From Carcharhinus longimanus (lineage: Eukaryota): DNA of 64,000 nucleotides. The position numbers and the translations under genes were made by a program. Shown piece after piece: positions 40,695 to 54,100 of this stretch. The notes beneath the pieces were generated by a model. The model worked only from the letters and a program-made list of their open reading frames with translations. It had not been told where the DNA came from and made no database searches. The stretch covers positions 23,217,008 through 23,281,007 of the forward strand of contig JASCQW010000072.1 of the NCBI GenBank assembly GCA_030264375.1, read 5' to 3'. Positions within the stretch are counted from its first letter, which is position 1; each line of letters opens with the position of its first letter.

Positions 40695-40980
40695 GAATGG
40701 CAAATGGAATTTAATGTTGGCAAGTGCGAGTTGGTCCACTTTGGTAGGAATAATGGTAGGAAGGATTATTACTTACGTGGAGAAAAACTGCAGCAGGCGA
40801 CGGTGCANNNNNNNNNNNNNNNNNNNNNNNNNNNNNNNNNNNNNNNNNNNNNNNNNNNNNNNNNNNNNNNNNNNNNNNNNNNNNNNNNNNNNNNNNNNNN
40901 NNNNNNNATCTTATTGAATGGCGGGGCAGGCTCGAAGGGCTAGTTGGCCTACTCCTGCTCCTATTTCTTATGTTCTTATG
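40695..40980 (+). mobile_element. CR1 LINE RT/3' fragments spanning a gap
   Basis: Peptide WQMEFNVGKCELVHFGRNN. Tail ggctcgaagggctagttggcctactcctgctcctatttcttatgttcttatg. Confidence 0.85.
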
Positions 40981-42814
40981 AAAACTCTGCTCACATATTG
41001 ACAGCTGTGACAATTCCGCCACAGAAGTGGAGACAATCCCCAACATTCAAAAACAATCAACAACATTTTAAATAAAACAACCCACAACATTCTAAAAGAG
41101 GGATGCTTTTCAAAACTTCACAAAATTCTTTTCAACTACTTAAGTATTTTTTATAGTCAATGTGGTTATGCGGAGAATTCTGACGTCCAATTTTTGTTTT
41201 GTAAGATTCATAACTAGAAAGGACTAAGTGGTGGGAAATTGGAGTTTTGCGTGCTGAAGGGCCCCTTAAAAATTTCAAAATGGTACATCCATACACTTCA
41301 ATGGCTGGAACCCGCTGGCTGTTAACGTCATGGGATTCTCTGGTCTCACCGGTGGCATAATCCTGCTGCAGGTTTCCTGTCAGCAATGGGTAGCTTCAAT
41401 AGGAATTCCCATCGACGATGGCACGACCAGAATATCCCGCTGCTAGTGAATGGCACGCCATCTCCCAACTGCTGAGAAAACTGCTGCGGGGAAGCCAGAC
41501 AATCTCGCTCTGAGTCTAAGTACACTGGATACCATATTGGTAAAGATGTTAGCGGCACACACCTGATGCTTCCTGGAAATATTGAGCATGCAGATCATTA
41601 CATCATTGATCTGATGCCAACAGTGTCATTTTGGAGCTTTAACCTGCGTCCTCGCTTAATCTTGCACAGCTGAACACATGTTCAACATGGGTGATTGAGG
41701 GGGAGGTTAAGGGGAACATTAAGGAGCCTAGAGAAGGGAAAAGTACGAGGGCCACAATTCTTCCCCGTGGCCTTACCCACTCCACAATCATGATCATTTC
41801 CAGATGACCCCTAACCGCCACATCACCACTTAGCTTATGCCAGGACCATTCCCAGGAATACCTGTGCGTGCTCTCCTATCTCAATCCCACCTGCCAGTCA
41901 CTCTAATTCTAGCATATAAACAAAGTCTGGGAGTTGAAATTACTCTGGTCTCAGGAGGTGTGGTGATGTTCATTTCTCGTATCTCTCACCTGTGCATGCT
42001 GCATCACACGCCCTGTTAAAATTGAGTCTATCGCATGTACCTTGAAACACATCTTTGTACAAATAAATCTGAGGGGTACATCTGCAGTGGAAAACAATGA
42101 TACTCTGCACCAGTTCAAAATTCAGGTCAAATAGAATCCACCAAGCGGAGATGCCATGAAAGATAGGTTACAAAGTTGAAGGGTGGGATTTCCTGGTCCT
42201 GCCCACCAAAGGGATGATCCAGTCCCGCTGAAATTCAATGGACTTTTCGCTGGGCTGCTGGTTGTCCCGCAGCGAGTCCCACTAAAATGGGCCAGAAAAT
42301 CCGAACCTTAGAAATTAATGATCTGAGTACAGGATGCTGTTATTCTGGGAAACAATTCTTTAATCTTCTGAAAAGGTGTTGCACTTGCAAGACTAGCCAG
42401 CGCAAACTATCAAGAGACAGATAATCAGAGCTGGTGGCAGTTCAGTTCATATTTACACAGCTCACTAACAATCAAGAGATCACACGAACATTCAATACCG
42501 ACCTATTTCCTTAATGCCTGTGGCAGTGACTACACTTACAAAGTAGGTTTACGATGCGTCTCTTTTTGAAGGCATTGCATTGAAATCCTTTTTTCCTTTT
42601 CATTTCCTTTAGAATTTTCCCCAGACGAGGAGGCCAGAGCAAATGGCACCATAGTTCCGTGCACTGCAGAACACATTACATCATTTGCATTTCCAAATGT
42701 CAATACAGTTACGAGCAGCCCAGGGGGAGAGGGAAGTATACCAAATGATTCACAACTCCGAACAGGAGGCAATGAAGGCAGTGGGGTGCATGAGAGAAGA
42801 GACAATGAAAGAGT

Positions 42815-43015
42815 TTAAAATTTATTTATTTGTGTCGCAAGTAGGCTACATTAACAATGCAGTGAAGTCATTGTGAAAATCCCCTAGTTGCCACCTGTTT
42901 GGGTACAATGAAGGAGAGTTTAGCATGGCCAAAGCACTTAACCAGCATGTCTTTCAGATTGTGGGAGGAAACTGGGCACCCTGAGGAAACCCACGCAGAC
43001 ATGGAGAGAGCATGC
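42815..43015 (-). mobile_element. Alternative-tail V-SINE, 3' half
   Basis: tttatttatttgtgtcgcaagtaggctacattaacaatgcagtgaagtc... Confidence 0.8.
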
Positions 43016-44067
43016 TAGTGCTTCCTAGTGGTTCACTTGAGTCCACCCTGGAGTGGAACACCTTATGCTCACCCTAATGCCAAAATCAAATGCAAAGGTT
43101 AGGGTCTAGGCTAACTTGGAGTTTCTGGGCTGGGCCACAACAAACAGTACAGACTCTTGCTCAGAGGTCAATTGAGTGTTTAATTGGCCAATTAAGGACC
43201 TCTTCCTGCCTCCACTGGCATTTAGCCATAATGGGTACCATGTTTGGAGATGGGAGAGGGTATCATCACTGCTCCATCTTCCTCCAGGTGCAGTGTCCCT
43301 CTGGTTGGCTGGCAGCTCTTGGTGGTGGACAATGCAGCCTGAATAAGTAAGGATGGTTGGCCGAGCAGCATTTGGCTGCCACTGGCAAAATGTAGACCAG
43401 AGTTCTGCTGAAGCAGATCGGTGTCTGCTTTCAGGACTGTTAGGAGAAAAGTCTTTTCCCAAAAATGTATGTCATTCATAAAATTTGTTAAAGTACATTT
43501 GTAGAACCCATAGAATCCCCACAGTGCTGAAAGAGGCCATTCAGCCCATCATGTCTGCACCTGCTCTCTAACAGAGTATCTCACAAAATATTCTGACTTG
43601 AAAATTAAAGAGTGCAGTAAAATTCAACTTGCCTCCATATGGTATGTTCCACTCTTGGCTGCCTCTACAGAATTGTAATACTTTGGATGTTCACAATTTA
43701 CTTTCCGTGTCAGGCCTACAGCCTGAGGGCAAAACCATTTCAGATTTAACATTTACAGGAAATGCAATAGACTTCAACTTGTCTCCAGACTGTACGTTCC
43801 TCTCTTGAGATGCTTCAACACAGTTTCAATACTCATGATATTTATAACATATATTCCATGTCAGGCACACAGCCTGAAGGGTTCTACAATTTTCCAGCCT
43901 CTCACTGTGCTATGGCTGAAAGACTTTAGACAGCATCTTTAACAGTGGCTGCCCCACTCTTTGCTGTATCTCCCAGCACATAGCCCTGGGATCTTCGAGT
44001 GTGCCAGTCTGCAGTTTATGCTGGCAGACATGCCGACCACTATTAAATCTACCACCTCATTGTCACG

Positions 44068-44380
44068 GGGTAGCACCATGGCACAATGGTTAGCACTGCT
44101 GCCTCACAGTGCCAGGCACCTAGGTTCAATTCCCGGCTTGGGTCACTGTCTGTGTGGAGTTTGCATGTTCCCCCCATATCTGCATGGGTTTCCTCCGGGT
44201 GCTCCAGTTTCCTCCCACATCTGAAAAATGTGCTAGTTAAATGCATTGGCCATGCTAAAGCCTCCCTCAGTGTACCCCAACAGGCGCCAGAGTGTGGTGA
44301 CTAGGGGATTTTCACAGTAACTTCATTGCAGTGTTAATATAAGCCTACTTGTGACTAATTAATAATAATAAATAGTAATA
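44068..44380 (+). mobile_element. Full-length alternative-tail V-SINE
   Basis: Head, core, tail and (aat)n end. Confidence 0.9.
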
Positions 44381-44449
44381 ATGTGTTATTGCACTAGAGA
44401 TGATCCTTTAAAGAAAGGTAACCATGAAAATCTACTTAGGACACTGGTC

Positions 44450-44650
44450 ATAAAAAGTCACCGTAGTTCCAGGTGACCATAGACCTCAAAGGGGAGAGCT
44501 GACTGGTGGTAATTTTAACCTGAGGATCACCACATCTCATGCAACAGGCAAGACCTTCATGAATAATCTCAGCTAGCACAGGAATTGAACCTACGCTGTT
44601 AGCATTGCTCAGCATCACTAACCAGTTGTCCAGCCAACTGAGCTAAACCA
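44450..44650 (-). mobile_element. Different tRNA-derived SINE family
   Basis: Minus strand reads GGTTTAGCTCAGTTGGCTGGAC...AGGTTCAATTCC (Pol III A and B boxes), then a non-tRNA body. Confidence 0.7.
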
Positions 44651-45965
44651 ACTAGTCAGCAATCATATTGTTAGATGTTTAGAGGTTTCAGGATCTTCCA
44701 GTCCTCATGGGGCAGGCCAGGGGCGGTATTCACATGCATCATGGGAATAATTCAGTTGGACAATAGCCTAGGCGTGAAGCAGGGACTCAGAGGGACAATA
44801 ATATGGGCTGTGTGCATACTTACTCTTACTGCTTGTTACAGCATATGAGAATGCTTGAATGATAATCCAAAGGATTGCTTTCAGAAGACTTAATGGCTTC
44901 AACCTCTTGCTTTTCTGGCTTACAATGAAGGCACCAGGGAGGTGTGGTAGAAGGAGGCGTGCCTAGCATAGTTTAATAACTTGACCAGAGTAACTAGGGT
45001 AGGAACACTGCCAACTTTACTTTTCCCCATTTTTTACACGTGATGTTCTTAATCAATCGACTCAGTCCTGAAACGGAATGACCAGCCTAGATTCAGATTG
45101 TGCAGTAGCTGAATGGGACTACAATCCTGTTCTCTGGAACTAGTATTTTGTGCTTTCTTTACAAGCCATCGCTGCATGCTTGCCCCTATATGCCTTATCT
45201 ATTGTGTTACAGCATCCTTCCAGCACTAGCCAGTCTGGTGACAGCCAGATGATTCTTTTCCAGAGCCTACCACTGCATATTGATATTTCCAAGAGCATAC
45301 AATTAAGCAAGTGGGGACAAATTGCTGTTTGGCTGACTATGATTTTTAAAGTAATGACAAGAGGCGTTTTTGAATAATTCAGGATTTGGTAGCTGTCATA
45401 GCTTTTTGTCGCCAACACCTGAGCAAGATTGAAGAGTAAAATATTAAGAGAGGGCAACTTTCAGCTAATTGAAAACTGGACTTGTTGATGTGCGTGATAC
45501 CAGCTTGATTTCACCAATCACTGCTCTACCATTCCTCTGCCACTGAGCATGTAAAATCTTATATTCTTCGGCTCAGTTAGATGAACCGAGCCAACAAAGA
45601 GGGGCCTGGAATTTCCGCTGGAATTTTCCAGCAAAGTGTTTTGAAGGTTCAAACACTGTGACAGTTCAGATCCAATGATTAGTATTGTCAAGGTGCCCTC
45701 TTATTCTTTCACTTGTATTTCAGCTTGGGTCTGTTAACACATAATTCAATCACATCTTGCTTTAATAAGATATGAAGGCAGACACTACTGTCAACTTATT
45801 TGTCCGTTACATGCATACCCCTGCAGAGAAGAAAGCTATTGAGGGCACAGTTTAAATGATATATAATCAGAAACTTTATCTGTGCTTTGCTACGCACGGC
45901 AGGGAGTTCCTGCTGACTATAGCTTTTATGAAAACAGACTCGACCACATAGTGATGGTTACCAAC

Positions 45966-46083
45966 CTTTGGCATCGCCTGTCCTGCAGCTGAGAAGCTGC
46001 GTCTGAGCAACTGCTGAGAAGGAACTGCTCGACACTGGCTGCAGACCACAAGGTTCACCAGGTTGAACTATCAGTCCACAATC
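45966..46083 (-). CDS. CPED1: CPED1 internal coding exon (first exon visible in window): DCGLIVQPGEPCGLQPVSSSSFSAVAQTQLLSCRTGDAK(G)
   Basis: Acceptor ttttcatgcag| and donor AAAG|gttggt on the minus strand. 118 nt, phase 0 to 1. Peptide resembles recalled vertebrate CPED1 (DCGLLIHPEETCGLQPIS...GDMKG). Confidence 0.92.
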
Positions 46084-46171
46084 CTGCATGAAAATAATGA
46101 ACAAGGTGATTGGCTTTCTAGCTCACATGGCATGTACTTTTAAAAGAATTGTCAGGTAGCCCAGGAATTTT

Positions 46172-46740
46172 AGGAGTGATATAGGACAAAAATAAGCAAG
46201 GAGTGATACAGTACTTGTCCTAAATCACTCCTGTTATATTCTTGTCCTATATCACTCCTGCTGTATTCTTGTNNNNNNNNNNNNNNNNNNNNNNNNNNNN
46301 NNNNNNNNNNNNNNNNNNNNNNNNNNNNNNNNNNNNNNNNNNNNNNNNNNNNNNNNNNNNNNNNNNNNNNNNTCACTCCTGCTGTATTCTTGTCCTACAT
46401 CACTCCTGCCTTATTCTTGTCCTATATCACTCCTGGCTTATTCTTGTCCTACATCACTCCTGGCTTATTCTTGTTCTATATCACTCCTGGTTTATTCTTG
46501 TCCTGTATCACCAATAAACCAGGAGTGATATAGGATAGGAATAAGCCAGAATGATATAGGACAAGAATAAACCAGGAGTGATAGAGGACAAGAATATAGC
46601 AGGAGTGATATAGGACAAGAATAAACCAGGAGTGATATAGGACAAGAATAAGGCAGGAGTGATATAGGACAAGAATAAATCAGGAGTGATATAGGACAAG
46701 AACAAGGCAGGAGTGACAGAGGACAAGGATAAGCCACTGG
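46172..46740. repeat. 27-bp minisatellite (consensus aggagtgatataggacaagaataaacc) with two orientation switches
   Basis: Forward 46172-46210, reverse 46213-46510 (includes a 100-N gap), forward 46512-46740 (8 units). Confidence 0.95.
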
Positions 46741-47149
46741 GAGAGATTGGGTACAGCTTACCATTTCATGAATCCCACAGTGAATCTCTGAATGGAAAAA
46801 TCTTACATGAATACTTTCTTACTTATCAAAGGTAATGAAATAAAACCCTAGGATATTTATTCATGCACACCTCACCACTATTAAATTGGTTTTCTTCATA
46901 GGAAATCCTCTTCCTCCCACTCTAACTGCAGAGGACCCATCACAACATGCTGATATATCCAATCATGTCTTTGCATGTTCAGTATTTACAGATTCAGTCA
47001 TTTAGACCCATCACTTCACTGCTCTGGTTCCTATCCACCGGTTCATAAGGGTCATTGTAAACTATACAGGTACATTTGATACCCTGATGGAGAGCAGGAA
47101 CCATAGAAACTTTCAGAATAGTTTTGTTGAATTTGAGTTCATATCATTA

Positions 47150-47292
47150 GGCCATAAGACATAGGGGCAGAAGTAGGCCACTCAGCCCATCAAGTCTGCC
47201 CCGATATTCAATCATGGCTGATATTGTTCTCATCCCTGTTCTCCTGCCTTTTCCCCATAATCCCTGATCCCTTTATTATTCAAGAACATAAG
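47150..47292 (-). mobile_element. Short CR1 3' end
   Basis: cataagacataggggcagaagtaggccactcagcccatcaagtctgccccg. Confidence 0.75.
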
Positions 47293-47774
47293 ACCATTCA
47301 TATAATTGTGCACTTCTATCCACTAACATTAACAGATGGAAAATTATGAGGAATTCCTGGTGTAGCTCAGTGTGCATGCTCCATCTTAGGAGCAAGTTTT
47401 CATAAAATCAACCCTCCATCTCCTTAAGATCAGAATGGCTGAGTTACTATGACTAGAGGGGAGCGGTTATTTCATACTTTATTATCTTCTATGGCTGTTG
47501 ATCAAATTTTGTTGCGTGACGTTTCTGTGAAAAAGAGTCTTGGAACAGTGTACTATGTTAAATGCACTTGATAAATGTGAGTTGTTAAACGTGCTTTATA
47601 AATGTGAATTGTTTGTGCAGTAGTGGAATCAGAAACCATCAGAACTGTCAAAAGGCAAAGTTACATATGTTCCAAGAGAGCTAGTTTGAAGGGTTATACG
47701 GAAAAAGCTGAGCTGTGAGATTGAATTGAACAGCTCTCCCAAACAGCCAGCAACAGCTCAATGGACTAAATTCA

Positions 47775-48125
47775 TAGAAGATAGAATCATAGGTATCCTA
47801 CAATGCAGAAGGAGGCTATTTGGCCGATCGAGTCTGCACCAACCACAATCCCACCCAGGCCCTACCCCCATCTCCCTACATATTTACCTGTTAATCCTTC
47901 TAACCTACGCATCTCAGACACTAAGGGGCAATTTTAGCATGGCCAATCAACCTAACCCACACGTCTTTGGACTGTGGGAGGAAACCGGAATAGCTGGAGA
48001 AACCCGCGCAGACACTAGGAGAATGTGCAAACTCCACACAGACAGTGACCTAGGCCAGGAATTGAACCCAGGTCCCTGGAGCTGTGAAGCAGCAGTGCTA
48101 ACCACTGTGCTACTGTGCCATCCCA
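47775..48125 (-). mobile_element. Full-length HE1-type SINE
   Basis: Head, core and CR1-derived tail. Confidence 0.9.
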
Positions 48126-48478
48126 TGACTTCCTTCTGTGCAATGCGATACTGTTATGCTGCTCAGCAGGTAAGTTCATTCAGCCATATAATAGTACGGA
48201 TAAGCCAGCGAACAAATATTTTTATTACAGCATTATATATTTCCTGTGTCATGTGAAATCACTATACAAAGAAACAAAGTACAAGATGTGTACTCCTTAA
48301 GTATTCTTCATGTGAAGACAGACATCGGAGAGAGCTCCACAGCTTGATGGATAGTGAACATGTTGTGATAGTGTGCCTGCTAATACATAAAATATACTCA
48401 TTTAAATAGATGGTTATATAAATCATTACAGGAAGTGAGGCAACATCACAGAATGCAGCGTCCATCTTAGTCAGTTTT

Positions 48479-48812
48479 GGAAAATGCTGGAAAATCTCAG
48501 CAGGGCTGGCAGCATCTGTAAGGAGAGAAAAGAGTTGACGTTTCGAGTCCAGGTGACCCTTTGTCAAAGCTGTCAAAGCTTTGACAAAGGGTCAACTGGA
48601 CTCAAAATATCAGCTCTTTTCCCTCCTTANNNNNNNNNNNNNNNNNNNNNNNNNNNNNNNNNNNNNNNNNNNNNNNNNNNNNNNNNNNNNNNNNNNNNNN
48701 NNNNNNNNNNNNNNNNNNNNNNNNNNNNNATGCTGCAAGACCTGCTGAGATTTTCCAGCGTTTTCTCTTTTGGTTTCAGATTCCAGCATCCACAGTCATT
48801 TGCTTTTATTTT
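48479..48812. mobile_element. Inverted pair of Penelope-like terminal-repeat fragments
   Basis: aaaatgctggaaaatctcagcagg ... cctgctgagattttccagcgtttt, with the junction at ccctttgtcaaagctgtcaaagctttgacaaaggg. Confidence 0.7.
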
Positions 48813-48987
48813 AGTTAGTTTATACACCTAGCAGCAGCAAGAAGAAACTTCCAATTAACGTCTGTGTTCAACTTCCACCCCTGCCTTCAAGTTTCTTTGT
48901 ATTGGTCTAGGAAGATAATTTGCACCATAGGTGCCATGCTTCCTCTTTGGACACTTAAGCATGTAGGAAAATGAAACATGATCATAA

Positions 48988-49280
48988 GGGCAGCATGGTG
49001 GTACAGTGGTTAGCACTGTTGCCTCACAGTGCCAGGGACCAGGTTCAATTCCAACCTTGGGTCAGTGTCTGTGCAGAATCTGCATGTTCTCCCTGTGTCT
49101 GTGTGGGTTTCCTCTGGGTGCTCTGATTTCCTCCCATAGTCTGAAAGATGTGCTGGTTAGGTGCATTGGACATGCTAAATTCTCCCTCAGTGTACACGAA
49201 TAGGGCAATGGCATGTGGTGACTAAGGAATTTCTATAATTACTTTATGTAAACCTACTTGTGATGCTAATCAATAAACTT
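48988..49280 (+). mobile_element. Alternative-tail V-SINE
   Basis: Head, core and degenerate tail. Confidence 0.85.
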
Positions 49281-49299
49281 TAGATTTAAGTATATCTTC

Positions 49300-49650
49300 T
49301 CATGGGCATGGAGAGGATGAATAGGGAGCAGCTGTTCCCCTTAGTTGAAGGGTCAGTTACAAGGAGACAGAAGTTAAAAGTGAGGGGGGGGATTTGGGGA
49401 AAAGCATTTTTTACTCAGGGGATGGTGACGGTCTGGAATGCACTGACTGGGAGGGTAGTGGCAGTGGGATGCCTCACATCCTTTAAAAAGTATGTGGATG
49501 AGTACTTGGCACATCAGAACATTCAAGACTATGGACCGAGTGCTGGCAAGTGGGATTAGGTGGACAGATCAGGGCTTTTCATGCATTGGTGCAGAATCAA
49601 TGGGCTGAAGGGCCTCTTCTGCACTGTTGTATTCTGTGATTCTGTGATTC
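49300..49650 (+). mobile_element. CR1 LINE 3' end
   Basis: Peptide QLFPLVEGSVTRRQKLKVRG...FFTQGMVTVWNAL. Tail ttctgtgattctgtgattc. Confidence 0.85.
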
Positions 49651-51634
49651 TCACAAGAATAATAAATCTTTGCAGTGTTTTGAATATAAGAATTTACAGT
49701 ACAGAAACAGGCCATTTGGCCCAGTTTGATCGATGCCAGTGTTAATGTCCCACACTAGCTGGAGCACTGTTTGAAGTTCGGCTGTATTGGGCATCCTCCA
49801 TCTCTTTAATTCTCAATGTCAAATGGCAAAAAAGACCAGTCCTTCTGCTTTTGAACTCAACAGCATGTTTGCCAGTGTAAATATTGATAGAAATGTAGCA
49901 TTTTCTTTTGACTTTTAACTGCTACTGCTCGAAATTTGATGTGGCACATGTAGCTGGACAGACTTCAGTAGCAGTTGAATTTGTTCTTGGCACAAAGCCC
50001 CTTCTGTTTTGCAATATGTGGACAGGTCAGACAAGATGAATCACCCTGTGAATCAATTGTGTCAGACAGCAACGTCCATTTAGAGTCTCGCGGGCTGAGC
50101 TGACTGCAGTTATTTGGAGGAGTTACTCAAACTAACACGAACATCAGAAAGTTCCTACCTTGCAGCCGAACAATTTGCACAGGGGCTTCACAGGGCAGCA
50201 TGAAATTTCTGAACATTCTGTGATTGCTGTCAACAAAGTGCAACAAGATAACTTAACAGGGATTTGCTTGTTCATACTTGTGCACTGCATGGTATTTGTG
50301 TCAAACACAAAAATCACCTTAGATTGTATAGAAGAGTATTCAAGAAATAAAAATATAAACTGAGGGGCACAACCTTATTGAACGACAAAGCAGATTTGAG
50401 AGGCCGAATGGCCTATTACTGCTCCTCTTTCTCATCTATAAACAAAGCTTAATTGAAAGGAATTTTCTCCTCAGTCTTTTGGAGGATAATATTTTCTAAG
50501 TTACCCTTCTTAAAGTAAGAAGTGAGGTGGCAGGTCAAAATCCTCATTTTCACTCATTTTAGTTTTAAAAAGTCATAAGTGGCTACACTGCTTTATCTTT
50601 CCTGCTGAAACTGGCAAACTCAGGACATTTATAATTGTGAAGATAAAATGCATTTTTGGTTTGTAGCATTGTCAAAAGCAAATAATTGCCAAAATACTTC
50701 CTGAACAAAGAAAAAGTAAAAAGCTGTGTTGCTAGTCTCAACGCTTTTGGTGTAATACATTCTGTTTGCACAGTACCCTAATCTCTTCTGATCAAAGAGC
50801 TTTCTAATACGGAATGATAAGAGTATAAGAGGTACAGCCATTGCTAGAGGTCAGGATCTACACGTTAACTATCCCACTAAGACATAACATTATGGGTTTT
50901 GTTAACAGCTTGTGGATTTGTCATGTCATCAACAGGTACTGAGATGCTGTGACATCCCTGTTGCCTTGCACAGAGATGAAACAGCTCACTATCTTAGGTA
51001 TGTTTGCAAGCTATCATTCATACCAAAGATGAGATGTGAGCAAGCAAGCTAATGCAACCATTTCCCTCTTTACAGTGACTATTTCTATTAACTCATTTCT
51101 GGAAGTCAGATAAAAATAGCCTCCAGGCGTCTGGATTGGGATCAAAAGGGATGAAAATACTGTGCAATAAGCACTTATAAATGTAGATTGATGCTGCTGG
51201 ATTTATTTTCAGCTCATTCACTGCAATTAATTATGTCCTGAGTTCCTGCTGGTCTTCCCTAATTTACCCCAGCACAATAGGTGATTATCACAGTTCTTTC
51301 TAACCAAACATCTATCCAAGTTTTCATCTGCAGATATAAGAACTAAAATGCTAATCCAAATGTTGTAATTTAAAATGCAAATCTGATTTCACAAAATCAG
51401 CTTTAAAATGGTACCATATGATAAAGTTTCCACAAACTGGCACAGTAAGTCCTAACTCAAACAAAATTGCAGACCATATGAAACTTCCCTATGTCTAAAT
51501 AAAAAAGTGTTCAAACCTAATTTATAATTTAAAATAGAACAAGAGTCAATTTTTGGGGGTACAGTTTCTCTTCTGATGATACTCCAGTTTTAACAATATG
51601 TAACCACCTCTAAGGTAAAGCTGCTTAAAAATGT

Positions 51635-51932
51635 TATTTATTGGCATCACAAGTAGGCTTACATTAACACTGCAGTGAAGCTATTGTGAATATCCCCTAG
51701 TCACCACACTCCGGCGCCTGTTCAGGTACACTGAGTGAGACTTTAGCATAGCCAATGCACCTAACCAGCACGTCGTTTGGACTGTGGGAGGAAACTGGAG
51801 CACCCGGAGGAAGCCCATGCAGACACAGGAAGAATGTGGAGATTCCGCACAGACAGTGACCCAAGCCAGGAATTGAACCCAAGTCTCTGGTATGGTGAGG
51901 CAGCAGTGCTAACCACTGTGCCACCGTGCCAC
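51635..51932 (-). mobile_element. Alternative-tail V-SINE
   Basis: Complete reverse-complement match to the family. Confidence 0.9.
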
Positions 51933-52329
51933 CACCTTGGCTTTCCTGAGGCTTAAAGATGCATTGTTCATTGTAAATACATCTGCAGTTGCATTTCTTG
52001 AATGTTTTACGTGGGGACAATATATAATTAAAATCAACTCAACGTTTTCAACTCTTGACAGGAATATTTCTCTACAAATGCAGAAACAAAGAATGGAATT
52101 TAGATTAAATCTATTTGATAATTGGTGAACTAACGAACTTCGTTATGGTTCATCTAATGCCAAGGATTAGGTTGACAAAATCTGAATATTTGCAGCACAC
52201 AACCGCAGCATTCACACATACCAGCCAAATCTAATCAAAACACTCCCTCCGTCTCCACTGAAGCATTTATCTTTAAACCAACTGAACATTAAAAGACATA
52301 CATTTCTGCCTTTTCAATTATATATATTA

Positions 52330-52620
52330 AAGTTTATTTATTAGTGTCACAAGTCAGCTTGCATTAACACTGCAATGAAGTTACTGTGAAAATCCCCCGG
52401 TCGCCACATTCCAGCGCCTATTCAGCTACACTGAGGGAGAATTGTGAATGGCCAATGTACCTAACCAGCATGGTTTTCCGACTGTGGGAGGAAACCAGAG
52501 CACCTGGAGGAAACCCATGCAGACCACAGGGAGAACATGCAACCTCCAGCGACCTAAGGCTGGAATCAAACCCGGGTCTCTGGTGCTGTGAAGCAGCAGT
52601 GCTAACCACTGTGCCACATG
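52330..52620 (-). mobile_element. Alternative-tail V-SINE
   Basis: Complete reverse-complement match to the family. Confidence 0.9.
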
Positions 52621-53204
52621 ATGCATTCAACGAAATAAGTGAACCAACTGCCTTAGATTTGTTAAGTCATTGTGAATGCAATTATTATAAATCCTTCAAA
52701 GTTATGCCTTAGTTTCAAAGCAAACAAATATCAATGACAAGAATAAAGTGTAAATAATAAATTAGCAGAAAGAAAAACTCACTATAGCGAGAAGGTTGGT
52801 AAATTCTGTGAGCCTCAGAATTCTTTGTCAACCTGTGAAATCATTACAAAATATCCAAAAGCCTCATTGAAGACCAACATCTATGCAAGTTAATGTAAAC
52901 AGCTGTTATGCTTTCCCAAGCTTTTCTCTGGGAATACATTGATACAGCATGAGCACGGACTGAAAAGAAGGGGAATTATTTCCTTTTAACGTTGATTCTT
53001 AAAGGTGTGCTCTCTTGCTACACTTGAACTCTGGGGGTTAGAGATATGGGGGTCCAGTTTTCTTTGGGTGGAGAATCATGCATCACCATTGTCTCTTACG
53101 TTGAGGTAGGTGGCACATTAATTTGGTGCACCAGCCTCATCTGCATAATAGCAGCTTCTGGCTGAGTGGTGCCTGTCCATCTGTAAGATTATCCCGACTG
53201 GTGG

Positions 53205-53530
53205 AGGATCTTGTGAATATCCTCCAAATCCAGTGGCATGAAAGGTGGTCCAACAGCTGTGTCCTCTCTCAAGCCAACATGTCCAGCATCAAGGCTCTAT
53301 TCACTCAAAGCCAGCTTTGCTCAGTGGAACATGCACCTCATACATCTGATAAGAGTTTCCAAAGCTATTGCTCTACTGGGAACTTGATTGTTGTTGAAGA
53401 CTCCCAGGGATTCCCTTAAAGTACCCCTGAAAAGATCAAACATGCCAGATGATTGATTAGATTCCCTGGCTTGTGAACGACTAAAATAGAGAAGGTTCAT
53501 CCAGGAAGGCACCAAACACACCAGTAGACC
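53205..53530 (+). mobile_element. RTE-clade LINE ORF 3' fragment
   Basis: Peptide ILQIQWHERWSNSCVLSQANMSSIKALFTQSQL resembles the RTE/BovB-type ILxIxWxDxxSNxxVLxxAxxxSIEA...QLRW. Confidence 0.7.
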
Positions 53531-53576
53531 TTTCTGTGACTGTGTAGAGGTGAAGGGAATGTGCAAACCTCCAACT

Positions 53577-54100
53577 CATAGAATCCCTTCAGTGCAGAAG
53601 GAGGCGATTCAACCCATCGAGCTTGCATTGGCAACAATCCCACCCAGGCCCAACCCTGTAACCCCACACATTTATCCTGCTAATCCCCCAACACTAGGGG
53701 TCGGCACAGTGGTTAGCACTGCTGCCTTACAGAGCCAGGGACCTAGGTTCAATTCCAGCCTCGGGTCGCTATCTGTGTGGAGTTTGCACATTCTCCCCGT
53801 GCCTGCGTGGGTTTCCTCCGGGTGCTTTGGTTTCCTCCCACAGTCTCAAGATGTGTGGATTAGGTTGACTGGCTATGTTAAATTGACCCTAGTGTCAGGG
53901 GATGAGCAGGGTAAATATGTGGGGTTATGGGAATAGGGCCTGGGTGGGATTGTGGTCGGTGCAGACCTGATGGGCCAAATAGCCTTCTTTGGCACTGTGG
54001 GGATTCTAAGTTGATAAGGATCAATTTTTGCATGGCCAATCAACCTAACCCACACATCTTTGGATTGTGAGAGGAAACCGGAGCATCTGGAAGAAACCCA
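53577..54100. mobile_element. Nested HE1 SINEs: plus-strand copy (53702-54010) inserted into a minus-strand copy
   Basis: The minus copy reads ...acactaggggtc| and resumes |aatttttgcatggccaatcaacctaacc at about 54022. Confidence 0.85.

Noticed and set aside
44575-44650. tRNA gene
   Set aside because: A and B boxes are present, but I could not build a full cloverleaf and it continues into a SINE body. The HE1 heads were rejected for the same reason.
46172-46740. CRISPR-like array
   Set aside because: Units abut directly with no unique spacers, there are no cas genes, and the context is a vertebrate intron.
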